56,266 nucleotides of DNA from a virus (lineage: Duplodnaviria > Caudoviricetes), in IMG/VR virus record IMGVR_UViG_3300046170_000364, positions 1-56,266 of that record. One strand, written 5' to 3'. The translations under genes were made by a program, and so were the position numbers. This document shows positions 10,651 through 23,254 of the stretch, piece by piece (positions within the stretch are counted from its first letter, which is position 1; each line of letters opens with the position of its first letter). The notes below the pieces were generated by a model. The model ran no database searches. It saw nothing but the letters and a program-made list of their open reading frames with translations, and was not told where the DNA came from.

Positions 10651-13600
10651 GACTGTTTCGCCTGTTGATATTGTACTTAAAGTAAGTGGCAGCGAAAAGC
10701 TGCAAAAATTAAACAGCTCGTTTCGCGATCTATCAAAGCAGCTCAACAAGCTTTCAGCCGGAGACCTTCAGAAGGCAACTGATGATGTACGAAAGTTTGC
10801 TGCAGAGGCCGGTAATAGCGAAGCAACAATAAAAGGTCAGATCAAGGCGTTTGAAGGCTTGCGCGAACAAGGCCGCTATGGGCGGCAAGGTTTACCGTGA
10901 GCTTGGGAAAGGTATTGTCGATCTCAAGGCTTCACTGGACGGGCTTGGTGCGAAATCACAGGCTCAGGCGAAGCGACTTGCGGAGATTGGCACAAGTGCT
11001 AAATCCTCTGTCTCTCAAATAAAAGACGCCACTGAAAAGCTAAAGCTTCTTTCAAAAGAAGCCAGGACAGGCTCTGACGCATTTGCTCGGCTGAAGGGCA
11101 ACATTGTGGACATGGGGGAAGCGCTAGAACTAGCAGAAGCCAAGGCTAAAAAGCAAAAAGAAATATCTAACTTGCTCAATGGCACGTTACGCAAAAGTTC
11201 AACCCTTATTGGCTTGCAAGCCAAGGCTTACAGAGAAAGGATTGCCGTAACAGAAAAAGAAATTCAATCTATTGATTTACTGTCAAGTAAAGAGAGGTCT
11301 ACAGCAGCAAATACAGAGAAAAGGATTCGTCTGGAAGAGAAGCTTCAAGGGCAGCTTCTTAAGGTCGCTCAGACTGGATACCTTGAGTTTGTTGCGTCTA
11401 GTCGTAGTGAGACTATTAAGCTAGCGGAGGCTTTTAGCAACACAGACAAAAGCATTGCGTCCTTTGGAGTAAGACTAAAAGCTCTTGATCAAGATTTTGG
11501 TAAACTTCCAAACACTACAGCAGGACTTAACCAAAAGCTAGCAGAGCTAAAAATTGAGCTTAACAATACTGTCAGATCAAGCTCTGACTACACCCGTGTT
11601 TCCAATGAAATTATTGGTATTCAGAAAGAGCTTTCTAAAGAGACAGGTGAAAGTGCGCAAGCGTTTGAAAGGCTGAACAGAGCGCAAGAAGGAGCCGAGC
11701 GTAGAGCCGCCAAGTTTGCAGGCGTAGGCGAATATGTCGCTGGATTGTCCAGTTTAGGGGCTGGGACCGCTACGCGCCGTCCTGAGGACTATGCGACAAG
11801 CACTCGCCGTGGAGAACCGCTTGTAGGACAAATGCGCTCTAGGGAGGGCTTTCCGCAAGCCTATAGAGATCCCGACTCTAAGGGAGCAATGATTTCGCCT
11901 GGTTCTGGTACTAGGCAGTCTAAGCGTTTGTTTGATCAGACATACAAAACGAAAGAAGAAACTCAAAAACTAGCTGCTGAACAAAAAAACCTAGAAACTG
12001 TTTTTGATTCAGTAATTGATTCCTATCGGCAAGGATTGGGAAAAATTCAGCAACAGCAGCAAAAACGTCATGACGATTTAATGTCGCAGGTTGCAGAAGA
12101 GGATGCAGCCCAGCAAGAGTCTTTTAATGAGCAAGTTAAAAGAGAAGAAAACGCTTTTCAGCAAGAGCTGAAACGGCGCGACATTTTGCTGCAAGCGCGA
12201 AAGTCAGCTGAATCTGCGTTAGGTCTTGGCGGTAGAGACGACATCTCGTCTCTGTATCAGGGAATCATTGGGCTTTCTACCGCTGACATCAGGCGTCAGC
12301 AGCAGATGATGGGCAAGTCCGCTACCGATGTTTTTAATGACATTGCTACGGGGTTTAGCAAAGGCGGTCAGGCCGTTGACCTTAAGGGCAAGAGCACCGA
12401 CATTGGCGACAGCATTGCCGAAGGCGTTTCAAAAGGCGCTTCGAGTTCAAGCGAAATAAGCAAAGGTGCCAAAAGCTTTGCGGAAAAACTGATCAATGCT
12501 TATAAAGCTGCTTTTGGCATCAAGAGTCCATCTAAGCGTACTGAACAAAAAATTGGCATCCCTCTAGGGCTGGGCATTATTCGCGGCCTTTTGTCTGCTC
12601 TCAAGTCTGGGAAAAAAGAGATTCAGCGAGAGATTGAATCAATTGCAGATCCTGTTATCAACAAGTCTCGCCAACCGCGTCGCTTGATTGGGACTGTAAA
12701 TCAACCAATAGCAACATTTACGGGTTATGGCACCAAGTCTCGGCCTGCTGATCGAAGCTACCGACCGCTGGGGAAATCTCCTGTAAATCTTGACTCAGAA
12801 ATTGATCGAATGTTTGATCGGTTTAGGGCAAGCATAGCTGCGCTGACTACTGACGCAGAAATTTACTACAACCTCTTGCAGAGGCTTCCTACTTCTCGAA
12901 TCACGACAACCCTGGCAGACTTAGCAAACAAAAGGTCTACGGCATTACAGGTCAGTGGGTTCATGGAGACCCAGCGACAAATTGGACCTGGAGATCTTGA
13001 ACGCGAAATTGCATCCAGCGTTGCTGGGTACATGAAAGAGCTTCGTGCGCCAAATCCATGGGTCGGAATAGCCGGTGATTACAAAACATTCATAAATTCA
13101 GTTTCTACAGAAACACGCCGCTTAAGAAGCGATATTCCTGCGCTTCCCCCGTCGAAAGTGGCAGGCTTGCTGCCTCCGGCGGCTGGCTTGACACCCGCGC
13201 AGCAAGCGCGAGCCTCCGCTGCTTATAGCAGGTCTGATGAAAGGTCCAGGCGTGTATTTGAAGAAGATGCTTTGCGGGGGAGCGGACAGCCGCGTTCTCT
13301 TTCCAGCGGAGCAGGAGGCCGTGGCGGCGGCCCTGCGAAAAACGCTACCGCAAGTGCAGGTGACAGTTTCAAGGAATTAAATACAACCCTTCGTAAATTT
13401 GGCCGACTTAGCGATAGAAGTACAGCAGACGTTCGTGAGCTGGGGGCGAGTCTTGGGATGCTTGGCGAAACGCTTTCACCCCTTGATGCTGATTTCAAGA
13501 AAGTCAACAGAGCTATTGCCGATCAAACAGGATTGATTGAAAAGGAGCTTCAAAAACGCAGTCGCACTCGCCGCAGGTTTTCACCCGGCAAGGCCGCCCA

Positions 13601-16502
13601 GGTCGCTGGTGCAACGATCTCCGGTGGTATTTTCGGTGGACCTGAAGGGTTCCTGGGTGGCGCAATTGGTGGCGCAGTTGGTGGTGTTGGCGGGTTCTTT
13701 TGCTGGTGCTGCACTTGGCGCTCAGGTAGGACAGCTCAGGCAGCAGCTTGGTGGGTTTGCTGAGTATGCGGCGAGCATTGAGAAACTCAAAATTGCGTTG
13801 AATGGTATTGCAGGTGACGCAAGTAATTACAACCGAGCACTGCAAGCCGCTGCTGATGTCACAAAAGAATTAAATATTCCACAAGAAGTTGCTATCAGAG
13901 GCATCACTCGACTTACAGCAGCAGTAAAAGGTGCTGGTGGTGGCATTGCTGATGCAGAGCTTGCGTTCAAGAACATCAACTCTGCAATTATTGCTACGGG
14001 TGGCGGTGCAGAGCAGGTTGAAGGAGCCGTAACTGCGCTCGTTCAGATTTTCTCGAAGGGCAAAGTCAGCGCAGAAGAGATCAATCAAATTGCAGAAAGA
14101 CTGCCTGGCACATTTAACAAAATTGCTGAAGCGTCAGGTAGGACCGGCCCAGAGCTGACAAAAGCCTTGCAAAAAGGCGAGGTGGGGCTGAATGACCTGA
14201 TGAAGTTCTTGGTTCAACTGGGTGGTGAATACGGTGAATTGGCGGAAAAGATTGCCGGGTCTTCCGAGTCAGCTGGAGCAAGGTTGACGGTTGCGTATAA
14301 CAAGATGCGGATTGAAATAGGCAAAGCACTTCAGCCGATTGGCGCTGAGTTTCAAGAGGCGTTTACTGATTTTGTTGAAAACATTACCCCTACGCTTGTC
14401 GCGACACTTCCTAAACTTGGTGCAATTTTCCTAGAAGTGGCGAAAAACCTAGACGTATTGGCGGCAGCTGCTACTGCGGCAGGATTGGCTATGGGCATAA
14501 TCGCAGCAAAAGCTGCTGTGATAAAAGCAAAAGGGATTATTGCATTGTTCAAGGGCATTGCTGCTTCTGCCACTGCTGCAGGAGTAGCGGTAAAAGGCTT
14601 GTCAGCTGCCGTGCTTCTTAATCCTTGGGTTCTTCTTGCAGCAGGGGTGACAGCTGCGACTGTTGGCGTAGTGAAATACTACCAAGGGCAGAAAGAGCTA
14701 AACGAGCTTCTGGATGAAGGGAAGGGCAGCACTGAAACAATTAAGGCAAAAATGCAAGAATATAGAGATGAGATAACGAAAGCTACTGCCAAGCTAAAAG
14801 GCATAAACGGTGAACAAAAAGCCACGGGTCGTCAGGCGAACGCCTTGAAAACCAAGATAGCAGAACTCAGAAGCGAACTTAATCGACTGGACGGAACTTA
14901 TAAGATCAGGATTAAATTTGAATCAAAAGGCTTTAAGTTTGACGACAAAAACGAGATGGTGGAGTTTACCTCTGGAGGTATAGTCTACGGCGGACCGAAA
15001 GGCGCTAGGGCTAAGGCTTTGCGAAGAGTGGACGGGACTCCCCTTGAAGGCTTAACCGACTACGGTTCTCCTGGCGATGAAGATGACAAAGGCAAAGATA
15101 AGGGCATTGGCAAGGTCAGGAAGTCTCAGCTGCCTCAACTCCAAGACAAGTACGACTCGCTGATTCGATCCGGCCCACTGGCGGACATTCAAAGATTTCA
15201 GATCGCAAATTCACTTGCCCTAGTTCGAGCACAAAAAGATAACAATACAGAGCTGGTTTACACAATAAAAAATAACGCTATAAATCTTGACTTCGGGGAG
15301 AAAGAGCTTGAACTAAAAAACAAATACCTAGATGCTATGAATGCTGCGAACAAAACGGAGGATATTGCAGAACGTCAATTGCAAGAAAGAATTGCAGAAT
15401 TGGAGCGAGACCTTGGTCTTGAAAAGCTTATTGTTTCGGCAAATGGTCAGCTACTAGCCCTTAAGCAAGACCAAGCTATTGCATCGGAAATAATCGCCAA
15501 AGCGTCCGAAGACGAGTTGTTTAACTTACGCGATCAGCTTGGCTTGGTGACAAACGAGCAGAGAATTGAAAGATTCAGGCAGTCAAGGATAGACGCAGGG
15601 GATCCAAACGCTGAACAGCAAACTGATCTGTTCCGCCAAACAATAGATCCAACGTTGACGGAAGGGTTGAGCCAAAACATTCGCAGTTTGAAAAAAGAAC
15701 TGGAAGATCTAGTAAATCCAATCAATCAAATCACTGGCGCAGCAAACGCTATTGGCAGTGCATTCTCTCAGTCGTTTACGGATGCAATCAGTGGATCCAA
15801 AAGCGCAAAAGAAGCATTGGCTGATTTCTTTCAAGAGTGTTGGCAGTTATTTCTTGGATATGGCGGGGCAGATTATTGCGAAGATGGTGACAATAGGCGA
15901 TTTTAAATACTGCTGTTAAGTTGCTGCCTGGTGGTGGTGGATTCAACCTTGAGAGCACATCGCTAGGAGCAGGTGGTGGTGAAGTTGGCGGGATCGGAAC
16001 TTTAGGGCCAAACTTCGGCATCGCTCAACGCGCCGCAGGCGGCCCAGTTAGCGCAAACGAGCCCTACATCGTGGGCGAACGTGGAATGGAGCTTTTTGTT
16101 CCTTTCCAACAAGGCACTATCATTTCAAACGAAGACCTAGAAGCGCAGATGCGCGATACTCGTTCTGCAGATGTGGCATTTTCTAGCGGTAATAGGTTCC
16201 AACGTGGGGGTGACTTAAGTGTCAGTAACAGCTTCCAACAATTGCAATCAGTAAGTCTGCCGTTTACGCGCAATGCCGAGCAGTCATCAATGGTTGCAGC
16301 CGAACGCGAAACAGCACAAGCAATAAACAACCCCGCACCACTTAACGTACGCTTTGAGTCACAGGTAATAAATGGCGTTGAATACGTTACGACAGAACAG
16401 CATCGTCAGGGCATGGCTCAGGCGGCTGAACGCGGCAGATCGCTGACACTCTCGGCTTTACAAGGTAGTGTTAAAACAAGGAAAAAAGTAGGACTTAGCT
16501 AA
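10640..16502 (+). CDS. Tape measure protein (~1950 aa, split over four ORFs)
   Basis: Long helical Ala/Gly/Lys/Glu-rich sequence; tape-measure domain ALVQIFSKGKVSAEEINQIAERLPG; C-terminal AAGGPVSANEPYIVGERGMELFVP. Confidence 0.92.
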
Positions 16503-16975
16503 TGAGCGCATTTGCCTTCGTCAACTATGCACGGTTTATGCAGGACTCGTCCACACCAACCGTTTACGCCTATCAAAATTTTTCAGTCAATTTAACAAGA
16601 ACTTACAGCGGAGTCACATATAGCTTTCTGCCCTTTGCTGTTTCGACTGGTGCAGGCAGTAAGGGCGGCGACCGATCCGAAGCAGTGCTAGGCGCTGCCA
16701 CTAACGAAATCAGCGTAAACATTTTTGCAGAAGCCGTTCAAAGCCGATGGTTGTTGGATCTAAAAACGGTCAGCCTCGATGTGACGAATTTTAGTGATGT
16801 TGCACTGATTCGATCTGAGCTATGGCGTGTCGCGAGTTACGACATGGATACAGAGAAAGTGATGCTAAAACTAACGTCACCGCTGGATGCCGTTGCATCT
16901 GACGTTCCAAGGCGCGTTTTGAATACCAAAATCGTTGGGGCGTTACCAACATCTGGTTCATTGGTGGTTAGCTGA
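16502..16975 (+). CDS. Minor tail protein
   Basis: Directly after TMP; YQNF...YSFLPF motif; coupled. Confidence 0.65.
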   Translation: MSAFAFVNYARFMQDSSTPTVYAYQNFSVNLTRTYSGVTYSFLPFAVSTGAGSKGGDRSEAVLGAATNEISVNIFAEAVQSRWLLDLKTVSLDVTNFSDVALIRSELWRVASYDMDTEKVMLKLTSPLDAVASDVPRRVLNTKIVGALPTSGSLVVS

Positions 16976-17355
16976 TGATTGACTGGAAGCCGTGGGTCGG
17001 CCTGCCTCATGCATTCGGTGAGCATCCACAGCATGGCTTGGGCGCTGATTGCGTCGTCATGGTCTGGGCGATATTGGATTCCGTTGGCGTTTATCATCCG
17101 CCGTTTGATTACAAGTGGATGGAATTAGCAACTGCAGGTAAATGGGAAGAATTGCAGGCGCTATGGAATGAAGCAACGGAGGTATTGCCAGAAATGGAAG
17201 AGCATGCAGTCTGCATGTTTGAAAATGGCGCAAGCGGTCTTGGTGTCGGTATCGTAGTAGAGAACGGCGTTTTAGTTGTCCATCACAAGCGTGGCGTGTG
17301 CTGGTTGCCGCCACGAGCCATGCGAGAATCTCAGTATCGTCGATTTGTGAAATGA
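16975..17355 (+). CDS. NlpC/P60-like tail tip assembly protein (gpK-like)
   Basis: WVGLPHAFG..GADC motif; position in tail tip module. Confidence 0.6.
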   Translation: MIDWKPWVGLPHAFGEHPQHGLGADCVVMVWAILDSVGVYHPPFDYKWMELATAGKWEELQALWNEATEVLPEMEEHAVCMFENGASGLGVGIVVENGVLVVHHKRGVCWLPPRAMRESQYRRFVK

Positions 17356-20300
17356 GCAGCTTACTTCCATCTGATAAGTATCTTGCCTCGATGCTGGGGC
17401 TAACTGATGAGGAGTATTCCTGGTTTAAGGCTGAGGTGCGAAAGCGCAGCGCAGAAGCTCCTGAACCTGCTGTTATTGCAGGGCTTGAAATAGGCGCAAT
17501 TATTGCAATCGCCAATTTAGTAATTGGCGTTGGCCTAACTGTTGTTTCGACGCTGCTAAGACCAAAGCCATCATTTGACCAAAACGAACCAGGCAGACCA
17601 CCTGAATTAAGGGCGACAAGTAGCGGCGGCCAAACAACAACACAGAACCAACGCTTTGCACCAAGATATGGCTTCAATTCAACGCAAGAGATATCCACTT
17701 TAGGATCAATTATTCCGCTTGTTTATACAAATAAAGAAACGATTGCATCTATTGTCTATGGCGGCGTTCGAGTTAATACGCAGCTGCTCTGGTCGCAAAT
17801 TTATAGCCTGGGTGGATCGCAGATGCTACGGGCGATCTTTCTGGTCGGTGAGGGACCAATAGCCGCTATTGAGCCCAGCAATTTTGCGTCTGGTGGCAAT
17901 ACTTTAACTAGCTATGACTTTGGCAATACAACTGCCAACCAGATTGGTTCGAGGATGGCAGTATACGCAAGATATGCAAGTGGTCTTACAACTCGTATTG
18001 CACCAGGAGATCACGTTTACGGGCGAAGTGCAAGCGAAGACATAGGAAATAGCAGCAACTTAGCCGGTTCAGAAGTGTTTGGCGTTCGTGTCGGAAATAA
18101 TATAACTCAGCATTTTTCCGCGACTCAGAAGCCAGCTAACCAGACAACATTTGGTGTGTACGCTTTTTGCGGCAATGATTTTGGGATGCGTCCTAACCCG
18201 ACGTTTGAGCCGCAGGTACGGGCACAGCTGCTACCTGAAGGCGACGAGGGAAAGACTGAAGTTAAATGCGTATTAGACGAGGCAAAATACGCAAGCCGCA
18301 AAAAGGCTCAAGCATTTTATGGATCGCGCAGCGGGATCACGTCTTCAGGGCTGGGAGCTATCGGTGGCACAACCACTTATAAGCTTTTTTCTTCAAGTGA
18401 CAAGGACACTATTTTTAGTCGTGACATTGAAGATCTTACAAATACAGGTTCATGGGTAATCGAAAAAGAGCTAATTACTGCAGAAACTCCAGCGGGTTAT
18501 GTAAAGCAGTTTGATACAGGATCGGGCTCCAACAAAAAGGCTGTTTCTCGTTTCAAAAGCAGCAACATTGAAAATTTAGCTCAAAGCCTTCTAAACAGGC
18601 TGAGTGTAAGCATTACTACAGTAGTTGTAGGCAATAGCGTTACTGTTGCATGGCCGGGAACTACCAGAATTGACCCCACAAACGTAGGAGGATCAAATAA
18701 GGCATATATTGCCGTGAATATTTCTTTTAATAGCAGCGGTCTGGACAGCATTAGTAACAACGACGCAGTTGACACAGAGCTTGAATTACTCAAGGCAAGT
18801 AAGTTTAAGCTTAGATTTAAAAATGATCTTACCGCTGACGATCCCGAAGATGACATAAAAGTAGTTCAGTTTCACAAAATCCTTATAGAAGACGACACCC
18901 AGCAAGAAATCGGGCTTACAGCTCCTTCTACAAGCACAACAAGCATTGACGGGACAACTGTTCTTACTTCTGTTACGTTTCCACAGCTTGACGTTACAAC
19001 ATCTCAGGTGTATCCAAAGTTTAAATTTGATCGTAATACTGCGACTTGGCAGGGTCCAGGGACGACTAGCAACTCATTCACTTTTGTAAGTTGGTTTTCT
19101 ATTAAAGACGCATATGTCGAGAAATGCAAGGACATTGCCTCTGTCGTCGCAGGCCGTCAACAAAGCTGGGATGATTCTATTGTTGTAGGAGAGTTGTATA
19201 AAATTGGTACTGGATTGGCAATTTGTACTAACAGAACCAATGGACCATTTAAGTCTGAAGTTGACGGAGCGACACTAACTGTTGAGGCAACATTCAAAAC
19301 AGTCCGTACCGGAGTCGTTACCACAAATAGTCAATCACAAATAGAAAAAGACGGCGACACATGGCTTAACCAGTTGCTTGCTGGTAGTGGTCCTGAGCCT
19401 CGTAATGTCGCAACAACTGATGGCCATATTATGCGTTGTGCTATTGCAAGCGTATCAACAACAAGGCCGTGTAAAACAGTTGAGTTTGGCATCAGATCTA
19501 CCTTAGGCACACGCATTAACGGGCTAACTAATTTTGACACTTCCAAAGGTTATGACGAGTGCGATAACCGCGCGTGCTTGGATTACAAAGGAAATATTTT
19601 AAACGAAGGCACGGTTTTATACACTGACATACATTCTTCAAACCTTGTCTCAACAACTACTGAACGGTATAGTTTTTTCTACATTAGCTATCGAGTTGCC
19701 GGAACTTCTGGAGCATTTACCCGCCTAAATAACGCATACGGGATTCGGGGCGCAACGTCACAACAAATATTTAATTACATTCAGCTTGATATGCCTAGCG
19801 TCAAGCAATGGGAGTTCCAGATTGAACCGCTTACGGGATACGAAGTTCGCAATCATGTAACAAGTAATTTATACGTTTTAGACGCAAGTTACATATTTGG
19901 AACTACCCAACTGGTTTCGGAAACAGGTGGCATTAGCGTGCTGTTTACAGGCGTACAAATCACAAAAAGTGCAGACACGTTTGCGATCAGCATTGGCCGC
20001 AGACCATCCGCTGAGGGGCAATTAAACTACCCACAAACAGATGCAGATTTCAGCAACGGCGATACTTCGTTAATAGACACTTGGGGCAAATTGGCTGAAA
20101 GTTTTGTGTATGAAGAAATTACATCTTCTGCCGAGACAGGGCCAGAACATGAAATTGTTTACATTAATGAGATAGTACCAAACTCTACTCAAGCAAATTA
20201 CGACAACCTCGCATTAGTAGGCGTCAACATAAATTCGTCAGTGGAATGGCAACAATTCAATCAATTTAGTTGTTACGTGACTGGCGGTAAAACCTGCCGT

Positions 20301-21340
20301 CAACTGCGAAGCAAGCTTAGCTGTAGGAGCAACGCATTTGCTTCCAGATATTGTGCTGGATTTAATGACCAACAGTACCTATGGGAGAGGCGATTTAATT
20401 ACCTGACGACATGGTGAATTTCCCTGAGTTTACAGCTGCAGCTAATTGGTGTTACTCCCGCAAATATTTCTTTGACGGTGTAATAGCTGACAAGATTAAC
20501 ATTCGTCAATGGTGCGCTGATGTTGCAGCAACACACCTGTTAATTTTTGGCGAGTCTGACGGCAAGTTTTTCCTGCGTCCAGCTCTGCAGTTCGATGCTG
20601 TGGCAATCACGGGCCTGTTTACTGCAGGCAATATCGTCGAAAATAGCTTCAAGCTTCAGTATTTTGATCCTGAAGAACGCGACCCGATCCAGGTGTCGGT
20701 TCGTTACCGCGAAGAACGCGCAAGCACAAACCTGGATAATCCAGGAATGTTCCCGACCGTTCGCGAAGTGTTGGTGCGTGAATCATCAGCGAGCGAGACG
20801 GTATCTCTAGAAACCATTGATATGTCTGACTATTGCACCAGCCGACAACATGCCATTGATGCTGCAAAATTCGTTATCAGGATGAGGCGCATCCCTACTC
20901 ATACTGTTTCGTTCACAACAACGCATGAGGGCGTTTTGATGGCAATGGCACCAGGCGATTACATCAAAGTCGGGATGGACGCTACTGAGTACGACGAGTT
21001 CAATAACGGAGTCGTAACTCCTGAGGGTGCATTGGTCAGTACAACATCATTAGCTGACGGTTCCTATGCCGTAATTGCTTGGAACGGTGACGCTGATACA
21101 GCACCAGCTGACACCACGCTGGTTGTTAGCAACAGCGGCAAGACAGCGACACCTACGGGAGTTGTATTCACAGTTAAGCTTCCCAGCACACAGGTTCGCA
21201 CCTACCAGATTGAGCGCATAACGCCAACTGAAGAGGGCACGTTTACAATTGACGCAGTGCACATGCCAACCAACAGCTCAGACATCCTTGAGCTAGCCGA
21301 TGGCTTCGACACCGCTGGTAACTGGAGCATTCAAGACTGA
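17352..21340 (+). CDS. Tail tip / central fibre protein (gpJ-like hub), frameshifted near 20310-20410
   Basis: ~1330 aa; RFAPRYGFNSTQEISTLGSIIPLVY; C-terminal YFFDGVI..GKFFLRP..MAPGDYIKV. Confidence 0.75.
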
Positions 21341-21747
21341 TGGCGACAACATTTCCCAGCATTGCACCAACAAGACGCAGATTTGTTGCACCAACATGGC
21401 CCACTAAAACGCAAACTTCTCAATCCGGCGTGATCACCCGTAGGCTCTGGGGCAGCAGGCCGAGCCAAGCCAAACTTAGCCTGACATTCGGCAACATCAG
21501 CGACACCAACACAGCAGCAATCCTCAGCGCATATAACAGCGCAAAAGGCTCAGTTGATAGTCTGACTTTGCCGACACAGATATTTGCTGGAGCGGATGCC
21601 GCCTTAAAAAGCTGGCTGAATGCCAGCGCGACAGGGGCAGGATTGTTGTGGTCTTTTAGCGAAGGATCACCACCACAAGTCGAGAGTGTTTACCCAGGTC
21701 GCTCCAATGTGGCTGTCGAGTTGACTGCAGAGCTTAGAATGAATTAA
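21340..21747 (+). CDS. Minor tail protein (distal-tail-like)
   Basis: FPSIAPTRRRF...LSLTFGNISD...PPQVESV; coupled to the tail tip gene. Confidence 0.55.
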   Translation: MATTFPSIAPTRRRFVAPTWPTKTQTSQSGVITRRLWGSRPSQAKLSLTFGNISDTNTAAILSAYNSAKGSVDSLTLPTQIFAGADAALKSWLNASATGAGLLWSFSEGSPPQVESVYPGRSNVAVELTAELRMN

Positions 21748-21761
21748 ATCTCAGTGTAGTC

Positions 21762-22178
21762 ATGTCAGTACGGACAGCCGCAACCGCGCAATTAGGCTTC
21801 AGTGCAGCGGGCACCGGCACATACACAACCATCGCAAAAGTGCGTAACATCACGTTAGACATTAACCGCGATGCGTTGGAAACAACTGGCATCGGCGAGA
21901 CAGATCGCACCTACGCCTACGGTATCCGTGGGACAAGCGGCAGTGGCACGCTGCTGTACGATTCCGCTGACACTGGCACTACCGCCATAATCAACCAGAT
22001 CCTCGCCGAGACTGAAGCTCTTTCAACCATACAGCTAACGCTCGACACCAACAGCGCCGCTGGCACGATCACGGGTTCTGTCCTGATCACCGCAACCGGC
22101 GCATCCGTAAGCGTGGGTGATCTGATCACCGTGCCGATCAGTTTCACGATGTCTGGCAAGCCCGCTGGCAACTTCTGA
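21762..22178 (+). CDS. Tail-tube-like minor tail protein
   Basis: IAKVRNITLDINRDALETTGIGET..GSGTLLYD..ISFTMSG resembles siphophage tube-protein signatures. Confidence 0.6.
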   Translation: MSVRTAATAQLGFSAAGTGTYTTIAKVRNITLDINRDALETTGIGETDRTYAYGIRGTSGSGTLLYDSADTGTTAIINQILAETEALSTIQLTLDTNSAAGTITGSVLITATGASVSVGDLITVPISFTMSGKPAGNF

Positions 22179-23215
22179 TGGCAATACTCGGCAACGGTGG
22201 CATTCTTGAACTAAGCCGTGAATGGCCGGAGCCTAGGGCTTTGGCTCCTAATGCGCTGAATACTGCTACTGCAACTTTATCTATTGATGATCCCCGTTAT
22301 TGGACTGGGGATCGGGTCATTATTGCGGCTGAGGGCGGTCTGCCGATTGACGCCAATGGAGATGGTTACGCCGACAACCCAGGCGGACACGGTATTTACT
22401 ACGGCAGCATTTACGATCTTGGCCCTGCTCGCGTCCATGTGACTGCTCCAAGTGCTGATTACTACCAATCAACTAATACGGTCCCGTTTTATAACACTGC
22501 GGCCACTACTGGATTAACGACACAGGCTGACGTTTACATCAATATGGACGACTTGGATCGTGCCAAGCTTTACAACAATGCGATTTCAGCTTATAACGCA
22601 GATTCTGGTCAGATCGTTGAGCTAAAAAGCGTCAATACTGAAAACCTTGTTATCACACGTTATAGCGACGCACCCGGATACTCCAATGCCATTAACTCTG
22701 CTGCATCCAGCATTAAGCCGCTAACACTGCCATCAACTAGTCAAAAGCTAGAAGATGTGATCACGGTGCCGTCTGGAGTGACTGCCGTTGCAAGCGACCC
22801 TGATTCCAGAGGCTGGCTTGTTCAATGCGACCTGCAGGAATGGGCACTCAGTGTTGATGCAGACAATTTAGACATGACTGCCATCGGCGAAACATTTGGC
22901 GAGAGCGCGAAATCACTGGTGCGCGGCGCTGGTTCGCTTACGTTCTTGGTTGATCAGCGCCATGTGGATGGAGATCAAAGCAGCATGACATTATTGAGGT
23001 TAGTCATGCTGACGGAAAAGCAAGCTAAGTCGAACGCCAAGTTCTACCTGTTTAAAGACCGCAGTTCAGTACTGCCCCAGGTAGGTTCCACTGCTTACTA
23101 CGACTGCGATATTCTGCTAACGAACACACGCCTTAACGTAAAAGCCACCGACATCATCTCCGGCAGCAGTGACTTTGTGGCAACAGGAGAGATTGCGATA
23201 AAATTCCAACCTTGA
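22178..23215 (+). CDS. Tail protein with a tube-like C-terminal half
   Basis: EWALSVDADNLDMTAIGETF..GAGSLTF..DFVATGEI parallels the preceding gene. Confidence 0.55.
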   Translation: MAILGNGGILELSREWPEPRALAPNALNTATATLSIDDPRYWTGDRVIIAAEGGLPIDANGDGYADNPGGHGIYYGSIYDLGPARVHVTAPSADYYQSTNTVPFYNTAATTGLTTQADVYINMDDLDRAKLYNNAISAYNADSGQIVELKSVNTENLVITRYSDAPGYSNAINSAASSIKPLTLPSTSQKLEDVITVPSGVTAVASDPDSRGWLVQCDLQEWALSVDADNLDMTAIGETFGESAKSLVRGAGSLTFLVDQRHVDGDQSSMTLLRLVMLTEKQAKSNAKFYLFKDRSSVLPQVGSTAYYDCDILLTNTRLNVKATDIISGSSDFVATGEIAIKFQP

Positions 23216-23254
23216 TAGACTAGCTTTACTGGTTAGAAGAAGGATTTTAAGCCT

